Below, piece after piece: positions 11,796-22,537 of a DNA stretch of 55,222 nucleotides. The DNA lies in NCBI RefSeq assembly GCF_001194135.2, contig NC_068996.1:39660711-39715932 (forward strand). The letters run 5' to 3'. The notes under the pieces are model-generated. The model saw only the letters and a list, made by a program, of their open reading frames with translations, made no database searches and was not told the DNA's origin. The translations under genes and the position numbers were made by a program. Numbering within the stretch: position 1 is the stretch's first letter; each line of letters starts with the position of its first letter. This DNA is from Octopus bimaculoides (lineage: Eukaryota).

Positions 11796-11939
11796 NNNNN
11801 NNNNNGAGAGCCGTTATTTACCCTGTGGAATTGATCCCCTGTACAGACAGGGATTCTAAGTTTGAACCTTCTGAGCACTATTAAGTGTCTTCTATATTAA
11901 GAATCTCTGGAGCTCCTCTGTGAACTATGTATATATATA

Positions 11940-11940
11940 T

Positions 11941-11999
<59 letters not shown>

Positions 12000-12420
12000 T
12001 TAATGTCCATTGTCAATACTGGTATGGGTTGGATGGTTTGACCAGGGCTGGCAAGCTGGAAGGCTGCAACATCCTTCAGTCTAATTTGGCATGGTATTCT
12101 ATGGCTGGGTGCTCTTCCTAACACCAACCAGTCTGAGAGTGTAATGGGTGCTTTTAGGTGCCATTTGCATGACACCAATATTTGTCATGACTGTGATTTT
12201 ACTTGGTTTGATGGGTCTTCTTCTCAAGCACAACATAATACCAAAGCTCTTGGTCATTCATCATTGCCTCTGTAAGACCCAACACTCGAAAGGTGCTTTT
12301 CACATGCTACCAGCATCAGCCACTTAACCTCTGTGAGGTTCAACGCTTGACAGGTGCCTATTGCATGCCACCAGTATGGGTGCCAGTTACGTGACACAAG
12401 CCTCAGCCATGACTACAATT
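11940..12420 (-). mobile_element. RTE-tail element family C with long (CAT)n
   Basis: (TCA)n tract followed by a degenerate family C body. Confidence 0.7.
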
Positions 12421-12503
12421 TCACTTATATATATATATATATATTGATAGGAAGGACAACAAAAGAAAGAAAGAGACCTTGATATTATGTAAATAGAGGA
12501 ATT

Positions 12504-12595
12504 TATCTGTAAAAATATGTGACACTTATTCGGTAGCCATGATAAAACTCCGAGTTTTATCATGGCTACCGAATAAGTGTCAAATATTTTTACAG

Positions 12596-12598
<3 letters not shown>
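12504..12598. repeat. Near-perfect palindrome (47-bp arms, 1-nt centre, one mismatch)
   Basis: tatctgtaaaaatatgtgacacttattcggtagccatgataaaactc-c-gagttttatcatggctaccgaataagtgtcaaatatttttacagata. Confidence 0.95.
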
Positions 12599-12627
<29 letters not shown>

Positions 12628-12629
<2 letters not shown>

Positions 12630-13110
12630 GGGAAAAGGTTCTCATTGAAGATGAAAGGTGAGGTCTATAGGAGTTGTGTGAGAGTTACTGTATGGGAGTG
12701 AGACGTGGTGTTTGAGGGAGGGAGAAATGGCAATTTTGAGAAGGGCTGAGAGAGCAATAGTGAGGGAAATGTGTGAAGTGAAGCGGACTTGATGGGGATG
12801 CTGGGGTTGGAGGAATCAGTGGAATGGCTGGCAAGGGTAAATGGTGTGTGGTGGTATGGACATGTGTTGAGGAGGGGTGAGGAGCATGTTCTGAAGAGAA
12901 TGCTTGAGTTTAAGGTAAATGGACTGCAAAATCAAGGTAGACTAAGGAAAATGTGGAGGGGACAGGTGGAGGTGGAGATTGGGAGGGTTGGCTTGAGAAG
13001 TGGGGGGGACATCCCAAACCAGGCAAGATGGCGAGAGGGTGGTTGCTAGGGCATTGAGGTAGATCTGGTCACTCCTGTGAACAGGGACAAAACCCGGATT
13101 TAAAATGATG
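12628..13110 (+). pseudogene. RTE-clade LINE 3' ORF fragment (second family)
   Basis: GKRFSLKMKGEVYRSCVR...YGSETWCL...RRAERAIVR...WWYGHVLRR...KRMLEFKVNG...GRLRKMW (frameshifted). Confidence 0.8.
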
Positions 13111-13128
13111 GATGGATAATGATATATG

Positions 13129-13387
13129 TTTACAGGAGGTTAATTATATGTCTGGTCACAGAGTGACCAATGGTTTCACAGCCATAAGGCGCTTGAGCCT
13201 TATTGACAACTCATGAGACTCCAATGGCTGTGGGTGTATAACTTCTCTTCGGTAATGTTTTTTGTTTACAAATTGACTGGCTGTAACGGTTTTCTATCTC
13301 CCGTTTAAAGAGAGGTTATATGCACAGTTCATGGATGTGAAACCATTGGTCACTTTATGACCGGACATGTAATTAACCTCCTGTAAA
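13129..13387. mobile_element. Fold-back cassette related to 2431-2635 (52-bp terminal arms, dissimilar interiors)
   Basis: tttacaggaggttaatta...gagtgaccaatggtttcaca / tgtgaaaccattggtcact...taattaacctcctgtaaa. Confidence 0.8.
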
Positions 13388-13439
13388 TATAGTGTTGCTT
13401 GAACTGTTAGTGTGCTTCTTTTTTAGATATATGATCCAC

Positions 13440-13516
13440 TGAAGAAAGAAAGAAAGAAATAAAGAAGGAAAGAAAGAAAGAAAGAAGGAAAGAAAGTTAG
13501 ATAGATAGATAGATAA

Positions 13517-13564
<48 letters not shown>

Positions 13565-13730
13565 GCAGATAAACAGACAGACAGACAAACAGATAGATAG
13601 ATACATACATACATACATACATACATAGACAGACAGAGACAGGTGGACGGACGGACAGACAGATAGAGAGATAGCTAGATAGACAGGCGGACAGACAGAC
13701 AGGCAGATAGATATTAAGATAGATAGATAA

Positions 13731-13770
<40 letters not shown>

Positions 13771-13787
13771 ATTGAAGGATAGATAGG

Positions 13788-13841
<54 letters not shown>

Positions 13842-13880
13842 GATAGATACGCAAACAGACAGATATAAAGATAAACAGAC
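13440..13880. repeat. (GAAA)n/(GATA)n/(GACA)n compound microsatellite
   Basis: Direct reading. Confidence 0.95.
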
Positions 13881-14193
13881 AGAACAATTTACTGTAACGA
13901 AGGGTAGAGACATTAGGTAAAATATAGTAAAATAAAAGAAAGATAAGAAGAAAGAAGTAAGGAGTGAACTAGGTGAGGAATTTATGAGAGAGTATATTAA
14001 ATGAGTAAATTAAAGTCTTTCAGATTTGTAAGTAACAGTATCTTGACAAATGGTCAGTTGAAACCATAACAATTTTTTGTTGGGGAAACTTGTCTTCTTG
14101 ATACAGAATTGGTTCTGTGGCGGATGGTCTGTTAAAAATGGACATTAAAACAATTTGAAGTAGACAGGAGCACAAAGAGAAGAGGAAAGAAAT

Positions 14194-14231
<38 letters not shown>

Positions 14232-14328
14232 CAGACAGACACAGATTGACTAACTGACTGACAATCACAGGCAGAGAGACAATAGGGAGAGTCAGAGACA
14301 GACAGATTTATAATATACACAGAGAAGG

Positions 14329-14359
<31 letters not shown>

Positions 14360-14422
14360 GAGAGAGGGAGAGAGAGAGAGATGACCACAATGGGAAGTAA
14401 AACAAAAGAGAAAGACAAGAAT

Positions 14423-15281
14423 CAGGGGCTGACCAAACTTTTCTCATGGTGGGCCAGATAACTGAGAGAATGACAAGCACAGGCTGTTTCACCATTTTGT
14501 TCAATACAATACAGTAAANNNNNNNNNNNNNNNNNNNNNNNNNNNNNNNNNNNNNNNNNNNNNNNNNNNNNNNNNNNNNNNNNNNNNNNNNNNNNNNNNN
14601 NNNNNNNNNNNNNNNNNNNNNNNNNNNNNNNNNNNNNNNNNNNNNNNNNNNNNNNNNNNNNNNNNNNNNNNNNNNNNNNNNNNNNNNNNNNNNNNNNNNN
14701 NNNNNNNNNNNNNNNNNNNNNNNNNNNNNNNNNNNNNNNNNNNNNNNNNNNNNNNNNNNNNNNNNNNNNNNNNNNNNNNNNNNNNNNNNNNNNNNNNNNN
14801 NNNNNNNNNNNNNNNNNNNNNNNNNNNNNNNNNNNNNNNNNNNNNNNNNNNNNNNNNNNNNNNNNNNNNNNNNNTTGCTGCATCCATTTTTGCACAATGA
14901 TGCTGATGTCGTTACTCATTTGTTCCAGAAAAAAATTTGGTAAAATGTTACAGAGGTTTAAAGTTTGATTGTTTTTACCCAATCGCAAAAGAGAATTTGG
15001 AAGTTGTCTAGTAAACATTACGACAAACTTTAGCTTTTAAGATATCATCAATGTTTGCTTTGGAATTGCTGCATCCAACCAAGAGAATTGCTTTCAAATG
15101 TTCATCAGTCAACCTCGTTTGATGTGTTGACTTCACATTCTTCATTTTTGAAAATGTTTGCTCACAGACATAAGCTGTTCTAAACACTGATGCCATACCA
15201 TAGGCAAATGAACTCCCATTACAGGTACTTACATAAAAGGTACAGGGCTACGGTGGTGAGCTGTAGTTTGGTGACCCCCTC
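14423..15281 (-). mobile_element. Internally deleted hAT (Buster/SPIN-like) element with a transposase C-terminal fragment
   Basis: 15010-15196 (-) reads SVFRTAYVCEQTFSKMKNVKSTHQTRLTDEHLKAIL, the hAT dimerisation motif. Ends are CAGGGGCTGACCAAACT / AGTTTGGTGACCCCCTC. Spans a gap; TSD unclear. Confidence 0.7.
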
Positions 15282-15974
15282 AACTGAATGAACAGTAAAA
15301 GAAGAAGGGAAAGAGGGAATGAGAGAAGATAGACGAACAGGCAGACAGACTGACAGAGAGAGAGAGAAAGAGAGAGAGAGAGAAGAGAAGAGAAAGAATG
15401 AAAGAGAAGGCTGGGATAGATAGAGGAAGAAAAAGAAAATGAAGTTATGTAGGGGTAAAAAAAATTGCTGGTTGGAGAAATATGGAGAAGCTAGAAGCTG
15501 AAGAAGAGTGAGGAAAAATCCAAAATTAATGAACGTGTAAAATGATGGATAGATTTATCTTTATTTATTTTAGTCAGTGGGATGGGGCCATGCTGGGGCA
15601 CAACTTTGAAGAGTTTTTTTTTTTTTATTAGTAGAATGAATCGAATCTAGAAGTTACTTATTCAGTGAAGGATTGCTATTTATTCTTTAAAGCCAGGTGC
15701 TTATTCTATCAAACTCACTAAGTTCTGGAGAGGTAAACAAACCAACACTGTCAAGCAGCAGTGGGAGACAAGCATGAAGACAAACACACACACATATGTA
15801 TATATGTGGGAGTGAATGTGTGGTAAGAAGCTTGCTTCCCAACCATATGGTTTTAGGTTCAGTCCCGCTTCATTGCACCTTGGGCAAGTTTCTTCTACTA
15901 TAGCATTGGGCCAACCAAAGCCTTGTGAGTGGATTTGGTAGACGGAAACTGAAAAAAGCTTGTCATATATAAAT

Positions 15975-16006
<32 letters not shown>

Positions 16007-16008
<2 letters not shown>

Positions 16009-16388
16009 CAAAATAAGCAACAAGGATATCCAGAGGTAATGCAGTACGATCGTGTCATGCAACTCCATTTAATTGAACAATGTAATCATTGCGTCAATTT
16101 AAAATGCAGAACAATCCTCAGCTGCACAAAGACATAGAATTTAATTAACTTATATGTTGTAGTAGAGGCAACATGTTCTTTGTCTATCTCCTTACCTTCT
16201 TGGAGATTTTAGGTATAATTATACTAATGTGTCCATCTGTTCTAATTTAATTAAATTCTATGTCTTTGTGCAGCTGAGGATTGTTCTGCATTTTAAATTG
16301 ATGTAATGGTTGCACTGTTCAATTAAATGGAGCTGCATGAAACGATCGTACTGCATTACCTTTGGATATCCTTGTTGCTTATTTTGAT
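16007..16388. mobile_element. Fold-back cassette (~142-bp arms, ~98-bp spacer) with HHR motifs in the arms
   Basis: 16007-16148 is the reverse complement of 16247-16388. Confidence 0.9.
16269..16355 (+). ncRNA. Type-I hammerhead ribozyme candidate with intact core
   Basis: TGCAG-CTGAGGA-[long imperfect stem II]-GAAAC-GATC-GTA-CTGCA; palindromic stem III ACGATCGT; predicted cleavage after 16350. The left-arm copy has GACAC instead of GAAAC. Confidence 0.65.
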
Positions 16389-17832
16389 TTTAATCACCTT
16401 ACTTTGAAATTGTTTGGATAATACCGTACTAAATACTGGTGCCTCAACTTAAGTACCATATTCACCTAAATCTATATATATATATATCATCATCATCATC
16501 ATTATCGTTTAACGTCCGCTTTCCATGCTAGCATGGGTTGGACGATTTGACTGAGGACTGGTGAAACCGGATGGCAACACCAGGCTCCAATCTAATTTAT
16601 ATACATACATACATATATATGTATATATATATATATGTATGTATGTATGTATGTATTTGTGTCTATATATATGATGGGCTTCTTTTAGTTTCTCTCTACC
16701 AAGTCCACTCACGAGGCTTTGATCGGCTGAGGCTATAGTAAAAAGACTCTTGCCCAACGTGACATGAAGTGGGACTGGACCTAGAACCAGTTACGCTTAT
16801 GTCTACTGAAAGTTTTAAAAAAAAAAAAGAAAGAAAAAAATTTACTGTTTTCAAGAAACAGTAATCATCAGCAAATTTGATCGAACCACGGTACTACAAC
16901 GCTACACTCTGTGTCATACATTGGTTGTTATGACATAACACTAAATATCAGTTATGAAGGATGTCAAAACACTGATGTTATGACAAACTTCAATGAGTTG
17001 TGACATAGAAATTAATTTTAAAATCCCAAATCAATAAAAATTAATTGAAAGAAAGAAAAGACAAAAACATGTCAACCTAGATCATATTTTATCATTGTTT
17101 CTTTTCTATTTATTTATCATTAACTTGTTTTAGCTATTAGATTGTGGCCATACTGGGGTACCATCCTGAAAGGTGTTTTAGTCAAACAAATGGACCCCAG
17201 GATTTATTTTAAAAAATTTATTAAAGCCTGGTGTTTATTCTATTAATTTCTTTTGCTGAACTGCTATGTTACAGAGATATAAACCCACCAAAACCAGTTG
17301 TCAAGCAGAGGATGGGGGGACTTATGCAAACACACACACACACACACACATACACATACACGAAAAGCTTCTTTCAGTTTCCATCTACGAAATCCACTCA
17401 CAAGGTTTTGGTCAGCTCAAGGCTATATTAGATGACACTTGTGCAGTGAAACTGAACCCAGAACCATGTGGTTGGGAAGCAAGCATTTTACCACACAGCC
17501 ATACCTGTACCTATTTATGTAAATATTCAAAATAATGCAGGCACAGAACACTAACAGAAATTAATAATCATAGTACAAAGCCCCAAAATTTGGGAATGTG
17601 GGAGGTGGGGCTGGTCAGTAAGTAATAGTGTCCTCAATGCTCGACTCTAGTTTATTTCATCGATTCTGAAAGGAAGAAAGACAAAGATGACCTTGTTGGA
17701 ATTTTGAACTCAAAATGTTAAGATTGTTTGCCAACATAACATGGCAGTCCTGGTTTAGGACAAATGTTGCTGTAATTTAGCCCCAGGAAACATCGTCTCC
17801 AGCTGGCTATACAACACGATCAGTGTCCTTAT

Positions 17833-18051
17833 ATTTTTGAACAAGGGAATGAAGCACTCCCACTCAGCTCAAAACAATATCTGTGTATCGTGATTTCTGG
17901 GTTATTTCCCTTCATCAGCACAAAATAATTGTTCGGCTAGAGGTGGCGATGCCAAATTTGGCAGCGCCACATGAAGAGAAGTAACCTGGAAATTGCAATA
18001 CACATATTGTTTTGAGCTGAGTGGGGGTGTCAGATTCCCTTGTTCAAAAAT
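17833..18051. mobile_element. Fold-back cassette (~82-bp arms) with outward HHR motifs and a central 28-bp palindrome
   Basis: 17833-17915 is the reverse complement of 17971-18051; centre gtggcgatgccaaatttggcagcgccac at 17943-17970. Confidence 0.85.
17882..17922 (-). ncRNA. Minimal type-I hammerhead candidate with intact core
   Basis: Minus strand TGTG-CTGATGA-aGGGaaataaCCCa-GAAA-TCACGA-TA-CACA; AUA triplet; A:A mismatch at the base of stem II. Confidence 0.6.
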
Positions 18052-18509
18052 TTGAAGTGCAGAATCGGTGTATCTATGGGATTGGATATGGTTGGAGTGT
18101 CTTAGTGAGTGGTTTCATGCTAATCCGATCCGTTTAGATACTTTTAGTGACCTTATGCTGATCAGGTCAGGTGGGAAATCACACCAAATTCCATAGACAC
18201 ACTGTTTCCATACCTTGATTCTTGTAAAGTTATTACAATATACTGTTTATCAACATCATCCTCATCATCATCATCATCTTCATTTTCCATGCTTGCATGA
18301 GTTGGACGGTTCGACTGAAAACTGGTAAGCTGTACCAGGTTCCAATCTGATTTGACATGGTCTCTATGGCTGGATGCCTTTCCTAATGCCAACCATTCCA
18401 GGAGTGTAATGGGTGCTTCTTACGTGTCACTACCACAAGTGCCAGTCATGCATCACTGGCATCAGCCATCACTACAATCTCTCTTGGCTTGACAGGTCTT
18501 CTCAAGCAT

Positions 18510-18667
18510 CAGGGGTGGACTGAGCTGTTGGTCAACCGGGCACTGCCCAAGGGCCCGGATCTCTAAGGGGCCTGTACTCTACATGTTAACTCTACTAAAG
18601 CAGACATTCAAAGGGGCCCAGTAAACAGTTATGCCCGAGGGCCCGTAATACTCTCAGTTCACCCCTG
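18510..18667. mobile_element. hAT MITE (158 bp)
   Basis: TIRs CAGGGGTGGACTGAG / CTCAGTTCACCCCTG; perfect 8-bp TSD TCAAGCAT at 18502-18509 and 18668-18675. Confidence 0.9.
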
Positions 18668-18684
18668 TCAAGCATGGTATATTT

Positions 18685-20003
18685 CTCCTGGGAGCTCCTC
18701 TATGCTGATGACCTTGCACTAATTGCGCAGTCACTATCAGAACTAGAGGAGAAGTTTAAGGTGTGGCAGCACCGACTAGAATCGAAGGGCCTTAGAGTCA
18801 ACCTAGCAAAAACCAAAATCCTAATAAGTAGGAAGGTAGATAAAACACAAACCCCTTCAGGTAGATGGCCCTGCTCAGTATGCAGTAAAGGAGTAGGTAG
18901 TAACTCTATAAGATGTACCCGGTGCAAGCTATGGACACATAAGAGGTGCAGCAATATCAAAGGCAGATTAACTACAAAGTTAGTCTTTGTATGTGGCAGA
19001 TGTTCAAGTGCAATAAACACTGTAAACAAACAGGAAACAACTTCTATCTCATTCCAGGGAGAAAAACTAGAGGNNNNNNNNNNNNNNNNNNNNNNNNNNN
19101 NNNNNNNNNNNNNNNNNNNNNNNNNNNNNNNNNNNNNNNNNNNNNNNNNNNNNNNNNNNNNNNNNNNNNNNNNNNNNNNNNNNNNNNNNNNNNNNNNNNN
19201 NNNNNNNNNNNNNNNNNNNNNNNNNNNNNNNNNNNNNNNNNNNNNNNNNNNNNNNNNNNNNNNNNNNNNNNNNNNNNNNNNNNNNNNNNNNNNNNNNNNN
19301 NNNNNNNNNNNNNNNNNNNNNNNNNNNNNNNNNNNNNNNNNNNNNNNNNNNNNNNNNNNNNNNNNNNNNNNNNNNNNNNNNNNNNNNNNNNNNNNNNNNN
19401 NNNNNNNNNNNNNNNNNNNNNNNNNNNNNNNNNNNNNNNNNNNNNNNNNNNNNNNNNNNNNNNNNNNNNNNNNNNNNNNNNNNNNNNNNNNNNNNNNNNN
19501 NNNNNNNNNNNNNNNNNNNNNNNNNNNNNNNNNNNNNNNNNNNNNNNNNNNNNNNNNNNNNNNNNNNNNNNNNNNNNNNNNNNNNNNNNNNNNNNNNNNN
19601 NNNNNNNNNNNNNNNNNNNNNNNNNNNNNNTGGACTGGCTCTTGTGCGGGTGGCACATCAGATGTACCATCCTGAGCGTGACCGTTGCCAGTACCGCCTG
19701 ACTGGCCTTGTAGGGTTTTCGAGCGAGATCGTTGCCAGTGCCCCTGGACTGGCTCTTGTGCGGGTGGCACATAAAAGACACCATTTCGAGCGTGGCCGTT
19801 TTCGTGCGGGTGACACGTAAAAGCACCCACTACACTCTCTGAGTGGTTGGCGTTAGGCAGGGCATCCAGCTGTAGAAACTCTGCCAAATTAGATTGGAGC
19901 CTGGTGTAGCCATCCGGTTGCACCAGTCCTCAGTCAATTCGTCCAACCTATGCTAGCATGGAAAGCGGACGTTAAACGATGATGATGATGACGATGATGA
20001 TGA
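18685..20003 (+). mobile_element. 5'-truncated RTE LINE: RT C-terminal half (YADD) plus PHD-like finger, gap, then family C 3' tail
   Basis: WELLYADDLALIA...GLRVNLAKTKIL...WPCSVCSKGVGSNSIRCTRCKLWTHKRC...VCGRC is open up to the gap at 19073. After the gap comes the (ATG)n-tailed 3' UTR. Continuity across the gap is inferred. Confidence 0.8.
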
Positions 20004-20014
20004 TACCATTATTA

Positions 20015-20452
20015 CAAAGCGGTGAGCTGGCAGAAACATTAGCATGCCGGGCAAAATGCTTAGTGGTATTTTGTCTCTGTGTTTACGTTCTGAGTTCAAA
20101 TTCCGCCAAGGTTGACTTTGCCTTTTATCCTTTCGGGGTCGATAAATTAAGTACCAGTTGCATACTGGGGTCGATGTAATTGACTTAATCCCTTTATCTG
20201 TCCTTGTTTGTCCCCTCTATGGTTAGCCCCTTGTGGGCAGTAAAGAAATAAGAAACATTAGCATGCTGGGCAAATTGCTTAGCAGTATTTCGTCTGTGTT
20301 TACATTATGAGTTCAAATTCTACCAGGGTCGACTTTGCCTTTCATCCTTTCGGGGTCGATAAATTAAGTACCAGTTACATACTGGGGTCAGTCTAATTGA
20401 CTGGCCTCCTCCCCAAAAATTTTCAGCCATGTGTCTAGAGTAGAAAAGAATA
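20015..20452 (+). mobile_element. Two tandem SINE family B copies
   Basis: Both have ...ctgagttcaaatt...gtcgactttgcctttcatcctttcggggtcgataaattaagtaccag. Confidence 0.8.
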
Positions 20453-21739
20453 TACCGTTATTACAATAAGGTTTGTTTTCTGGGGTTTTTTTTCTCGCAG
20501 TTAACACACCACCTCCACCCAAAATTACCTGGTACACCCACCAACCCTCATTTCTCTTAGATATTTGCGAAATGTGCTATCTCAGATGACGCAGGAATAG
20601 TATTTCTCTGTTATGAATCTAATAGGTAGATACTAGTACTGAGATCTCTTTTACTCTCTTTTACTTGTTTCAGTCATTTGACTGCGGCCATGCTGGAGCA
20701 CTGCTTTGAAGAATTTTAGTCAAATGAATCAACCCGAGTACTTTTTTTAATTTTTTTTATTATTTGCCTGTTACTTATTCTATTAGCCACTTTTGCCAAG
20801 TTACTAAGTTATGGGGATGTAAACATACCAACATCGGTTGTCAAGTGGTGGTGGGGGACAAACACAAACACATACACATAGATATATACATACATATGAA
20901 TATATATATACACATTATTTACATTTGATGGATATTTGTCTTCATCTTGTTTGTTGATAACAACAAACAAGATGAGGACAAATATCTGTCAAATGTAAAT
21001 AATGTAAATAATGTACATAATTCCTCATCTTTTAAATATAGAACTGAAATATATATATATANNNNNNNNNNNNNNNNNNNNNNNNNNNNNNNNNNNNNNN
21101 NNNNNNNNNNNNNNNNNNNNNNNNNNNNNNNNNNNNNNNNNNNNNNNNNNNNNNNNNNNNNNNNNNNNNNNNNNNNNNNNNNNNNNNNNNNNNNNNNNNN
21201 NNNNNNNNNNNNNNNNNNNNNNNNNNNNNNNNNNNNNNNNNNNNNNNNNNNNNNNNNNNNNNNNNNNNNNNNNNNNNNNNNNNNNNNNNNNNNNNNNNNN
21301 NNNNNNNNNNNNNNNNNNNNNNNNNNNNNNNNNNNNNNNNNNNNNNNNNNNNNNNNNNNNNNNNNNNNNNNNNNNNNNNNNNNNNNNNNNNNNNNNNNNN
21401 NNNNNNNNNNNNNNNNNNNNNNNNNNNNNNNNNNNNNNNNNNNNNNNNNNNNNNNNNNNNNNNNNNNNNNNNNNNNNNNNNNNNNNNNNNNNNNNNNNNN
21501 NNNNNNNNNNNNNNNNNNNNNNNNNNNNNNNNNNNNNNNNNNNNNNNNNNNNNNNNNNNNNNNNNNNNNNNNNNNNNNNNNNNNNNNNNNNNNNNNNNNN
21601 NNNNNNNNNNNNNNNNNNNNNNNNNNNNNNNNNNNNNNNNNNNNNNNNNNNNNNNNNNNNNNNNNNNNNNNNNNNNNNNTTATCCAGACCCCCCCCCCAC
21701 ACACAACTACCTCACCAAGGAAAGAAAGTTAAAGAAAAA

Positions 21740-22110
21740 AAAACGGGGAGGTGAAATTAAGCAGCAGAAGACGGAGAGTGGAAGAAAGCAATGGGTCGTA
21801 CACCCTAGCACGAATGTTGTGTTTAGCTGTGCCTCGGAAACGTGATTGCAAAGGCGTTGCCTAACGTTGAGCTTACTGGTGGCTTAAGCATAGGATAAAA
21901 GCTCTCTGCATGCAGTTTACAACAGCACTTTCATGTCCGTTGCAATGGGGGAGTAATCAGGCGAGAAAAATGGAGGTGGGATGTGTGCATTGAACAATTA
22001 ACTAATTCAACCGTTCTCTGTGGTGTAAAATATTGTAGAAAGCTTGTGTCAGCATAGCTCGATTGCTAAATGGTATCTGATTTTATCTCTCCTCTCGTAG
22101 CTCATACGAT
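21740..22110. promoter_or_regulatory. CpG-retaining unique segment (possible promoter/5' UTR)
   Basis: 14 CpGs counted in ~370 bp of sequence not matching window repeats, against a CpG-poor background. Confidence 0.25.
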
Positions 22111-22312
22111 CTTTTACTCGTTTCAGTCATTAGACTGCGGCCGACCATGCTGGAGTACTGCTTTGAAGAATTCCTTGTCAAATGTATCGACTCCTGTACT
22201 TAGTTAAATTATTTTTTTTCTGAGCCTGGTACTTACTGCTAAGTTACTGGGACATAAACACACCAGTATCAGTTGTCAAGTGAGGTGGAGAACTAACACA
22301 GACACAAAAACA

Positions 22313-22349
<37 letters not shown>

Positions 22350-22537
22350 CAGGTTCCTTTCAGTTTTCTGTCAACCAAATCCACTCACAAGGCTTTGGTC
22401 AGCCTGAGGTTATAGAAAAAGATGCCTGCCCAAGATGCCACACAGTGGGACTAAACCTGGAACCATGTGGCTGGGAAACAAACTTCTTACCACACAGTCA
22501 CGTCTAACCATTATATTTGTTAAAAATATATCCTTTC

